This document shows positions 60,801 through 64,000 of a stretch of DNA of 64,000 bases, piece after piece. How positions within the stretch are numbered: position 1 is the first letter of the stretch; every line of letters begins with the position of its first letter. Under the pieces are notes generated by a model. The model had not been told where the DNA came from, made no database searches, and saw nothing but the letters and a program-made list of their open reading frames with translations. The stretch comes from Klebsormidium nitens (Eukaryota > Plantae > Klebsormidiophyceae). The DNA is taken from positions 370,276 to 434,275 of the forward strand of contig DF236963.1 in NCBI GenBank assembly GCA_000708835.1, in the 5' to 3' direction. Made by a program: the position numbers and the translations under genes.

Positions 60801-62894
60801 ATGCCTGTTCATCTGCCCCCCCCAGCGCTTCACAGCCAGTTGGCGGCTGGAGGGGGGGGGCAGCCTGCTTGGGCTGGCACTCTTGCAATCCTGGGAGTGG
60901 TGGCACTCCCCTTTCTTCAGAGCGCAGCCAAGCCGGCGCTGCGGAGGGTCTTTGTAAGCTCCGACCCTGATCGAAGTGTTTGTCGTAAGAGTCTCTTAGA
61001 AGGATAGTGAATGTTGCCCTAATCTTAGCAAAATCTGGCAGGTGCCTGTGCTTTGTAAATGTGAATGTCTTCGTAAGGTTGAGATCAACATCTGGGTAGA
61101 CTAGCGAGGCAGGGGGGTTTTTGAGCTGTTGGGTTGACAAGAAGTGATCTGTTGAAAACAGCGAGTATCAGAAACTGTTTTACTATCTGCGTAGAGAGGT
61201 TCAAGGCGGGCGCATCAGTGAGCCTAAAGTACTGGAAACACGGTTGTACAGACATAACTGCTGGCAAGATTTATGACAATATCCAATGAAGGGTATCCTG
61301 GATGAAGTCGGTACCCCTTGTTCAGTGGATGAATTCCTTTCAACGAGTGCCTCACCTTAGTCGATGGTAAGGCACCGAATTGACGCCTCCGCGTTTCTTT
61401 GTTCAGAAACCGACCAAGTGCAAGCTCTGCTATGGAACGGGGACCACTGTATCCACACCAGGCACCAGATTTCGGACATGATTGACTCCACCCTTGAAAG
61501 CCCGATCTAGATCGATTGAAGAGTTCACGTGATGCCCATCTTTTCAGTCACAGATTGTTGTCCGTCACAGATACTCTAGATTGTCTGTATGACTCTAAGA
61601 ACTAGGAAAGCTGTCCTGAATTTGATTCGGTCTAAAAACGTTCGAAGCGATCCGCTCAGGATCTGCCTCAAACCCCTGACTTTCCTCCTTGACCACCCTT
61701 CACTGCTTCTAGCTATGTACCACATGCAAAGGTCGTGGGAAAGAAGGTGAGACCTCTGCATCGAGTTCCTTACCTCCAACGGTGGCCCAACGAGTTCTAT
61801 TTCTTCTGTGATTTGACATCCTCTTTGCGAAATTGTTGAGCTTCAGCGACATGCTTTTCTAAAGCGCTCGGAGTGCGTCACTATCATCCGACTGGAAGGA
61901 GACTCACTAGGATGCATTAAGCTCAGTCTGATGAAACTTTCACGGAACGCTTCTTCTCAAAGATGGCGTACTGGTTCAGCTCGTGATGCTTGAACTCAAA
62001 AGCGGCCCTGTCTGGTGGCTCGTTGTCTCAAAGGTCCAACTCATAAACATTCAACGAGATCTACTCAGCCCTTGACTGTCAGAGAAGACACTAAAACCGA
62101 GAAAACCGACAAGAACTACTATTCACTGATTACGGTTGGCGTCTTTCTTTTTAGGAAGTTCCCAGAAAGCGTCAGTGTATCAGATGGTCCCATTGCACCT
62201 GTGGGCCCTAGATTCCTTTCAGTGTTCGTCAGGATCCGTTGACATATCTCACTTGTGTGACGATCCGTTGACATATCTACCTTGCGTCACTATACGCTCA
62301 ATAAGAGGATCTTCGCTCAACTCGAGAAGGTACTAGTAGACAGCTGTGTGCCTGAGTTGAGCTACATCTCGTTTCCGGCCCAAAGTATTCCACCCGTTGC
62401 CGCTGCAATTGCTCTCGCCTCAAAAATCAAAGAGAATCAGTCGCTTGTCTGATGAGTGAGAACGTTCATCTCGAGATACGTCCATCACATCTTGTCAGGA
62501 CACCCTTTGCGTCTCATCGAGCTGTCTTTCTTCATCTTGCATTTCGCAGATATCTGTCACAGTCGAGCTTCGAGAGAGGCTTGTTCTTGACTCATAACTC
62601 CCGCTAGCATGGGCCTATACTTCAGATTGATCGTATGGCCGTTCTCAAATTTGCCTCATATATCCGAACTCACAATCGAGCTTTGCTCGTGTAAATATGA
62701 TCTGAAATACAGTCGAAAGTGCCTGTAACTTTGATTACCATTGTGTCACAGGTGGTCTAATAAGCGGCGAGAGCCTGCGGCAGTGCACAGCGTGCTTCGG
62801 CAAGGGAAAGCAACTCTGCAGCAAGTGCAGAGGCGCCGGTATTGACAACCGGTGGCTTTATGCGGGACGACGAGTCAGTGAACCCAAGCTCTGA
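60801..62894 (+). CDS. Small DnaJ-like zinc-finger (DnaJ-E, CxxCxGxG x4) membrane protein, about 123 aa. Exons 60801-60953, 61407-61448, 61713-61746, 62752-62894. 5' end tentative.
   Basis: Hydrophobic helix WAGTLAILGVVALPFL, then CKLCYGTG, CTTCKGRG, CTACFGKG, CSKCRGAG. Canonical junctions, 372 nt in frame. Confidence 0.85.
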
Positions 62895-64000
62895 CGCCTG
62901 CCAGCCGGCCTACCACCTTGGCTCCGCTTGCGTCATGCCAAAACCTCTCTGCCGTTTCTGGCTGGTTCTCCCCTGCTCGCATACGTGTTGCTTACGTTGT
63001 CAACAGGTATCAGCTCGCGTGTTGCTTTGTCTAGTTTCATCTTGGCACCTCGACAGAGAATTGGTGGTTCGCAGACGCAATTGCGTCCTGCATGAAAGAG
63101 CCCCCGTTTGCAGACCAGCGTTGATCTTTTCGTCACTATTGGAACACTGTCGAAAAGTCCGCAGAGTTCTACAGTAGTTCCTGACGCTGGTTAAATGTAG
63201 CTTCCGTATCTAAAAGGTATAGGTGAGAGCTGCAACTGCATTGTTATGATCAACTTCAAGATGGACTGCGTCCATATTGATGGAGCTCGAGACAGGTTGG
63301 ATTTGCGTACGGTACTGACGTACCATGAACTTAACCATCAGTCGATGTTGTTGCATGTGCTTTGGTCGATTGCAAACAGCCACGGTGCTTGGAGTTCGGC
63401 TGCTTTTGAATCAGGCCACATGCCGGCGGGCAGGTAGCTGCATGTCGACTCTAATATGTCTGTCAGCCCGCATAACCAAGTACCACCACAAAGATCAAAA
63501 GCTCATCGAATGTTAAATTGTCGGCCATGCACAAACTCGATTATGACCAGTAGACATTATATGTATCACTGATACTGATACAAAGTCAGTTGAGAGCAGA
63601 CTAGCTCGCTGCATCAGTCCATGAAACTATACAGCTTCATAAACCTTTTTATTGAATAATTTCAAAGATTATGATCTGCGCACGTTGCACATGAGGGCCA
63701 GGAGATTCATCGATCCTTTAATTAATTGCCAGTGGTAGAGCTAATTTCATAATGTCGTAATAAGAAAAAGCTTTGACAAGCGCTCATGCCACATGTGACA
63801 TTCCACAAGAAGCGAGTGGACAACCAAAGTGGCGGAACGCCTTAATCCCTATGGGGCCTCGATTCATATGGGGGCCTTTAACTGGCTAGTCAAGGGATCA
63901 AGGGCTCAGGATCTGCAGATTTTGAATTGTGAAGAGAAAAGCGCGAGCATGCTGGGTGCTTTTATTGCAGGTTCGGTCAAACCTTGGCCGCCTGACCTGA

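Noticed and set aside
60796-61400. Minus-strand ORF 60796-61140 and nearby GYPSLDIVI suggesting a nuclease or Crinkler remnant
   Set aside because: Overlaps exon 1 and intron 1 of the plus-strand DnaJ-like gene; frames are broken by stops and no second motif supports it
1-64000. tRNA, rRNA, snRNA, intact transposon, viral or prokaryotic system
   Set aside because: I recognised no such sequence by eye; a covariance-model and repeat search would be needed to exclude small or degenerate elements

Overview
This is eukaryotic, intron-rich DNA with GT-AG introns of about 0.1-1.4 kb and one of 5.95 kb. Gene content and style suggest a streptophyte green alga, probably Klebsormidium-like (inference, not verified). 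I assembled by eye 11 spliced genes whose exon phases add up: two head-to-head VASt-domain paralogs, LOLITA/TSPOON (TPLATE/TSET longin), LAS1, a BTB/POZ protein, PYM1, HDA2/HDAC11, TAD3/ADAT3, a plastid UVR+YccV (ClpF-related) protein, a DnaJ-like zinc-finger protein, and a partial Kazal inhibitor gene. There is also an 862-aa low-complexity ORF and two orphan exons. I recognised no rRNA, tRNA, CRISPR array or intact transposon. One 399-N assembly gap lies in LAS1 intron 2. The most striking unexplained structure is that introns of several unrelated genes hold tandem, decaying copies of the 3' splice site plus the 5' end of the next exon. It is clear in HDA2, LAS1 and VASt-1 and weaker in VASt-2, and divergence is concentrated at synonymous positions. 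Other oddities: a GC-AG intron in PYM1, a non-canonical HDA2 junction, five divergent gene pairs, and an apparent excess of TGACGTCA.
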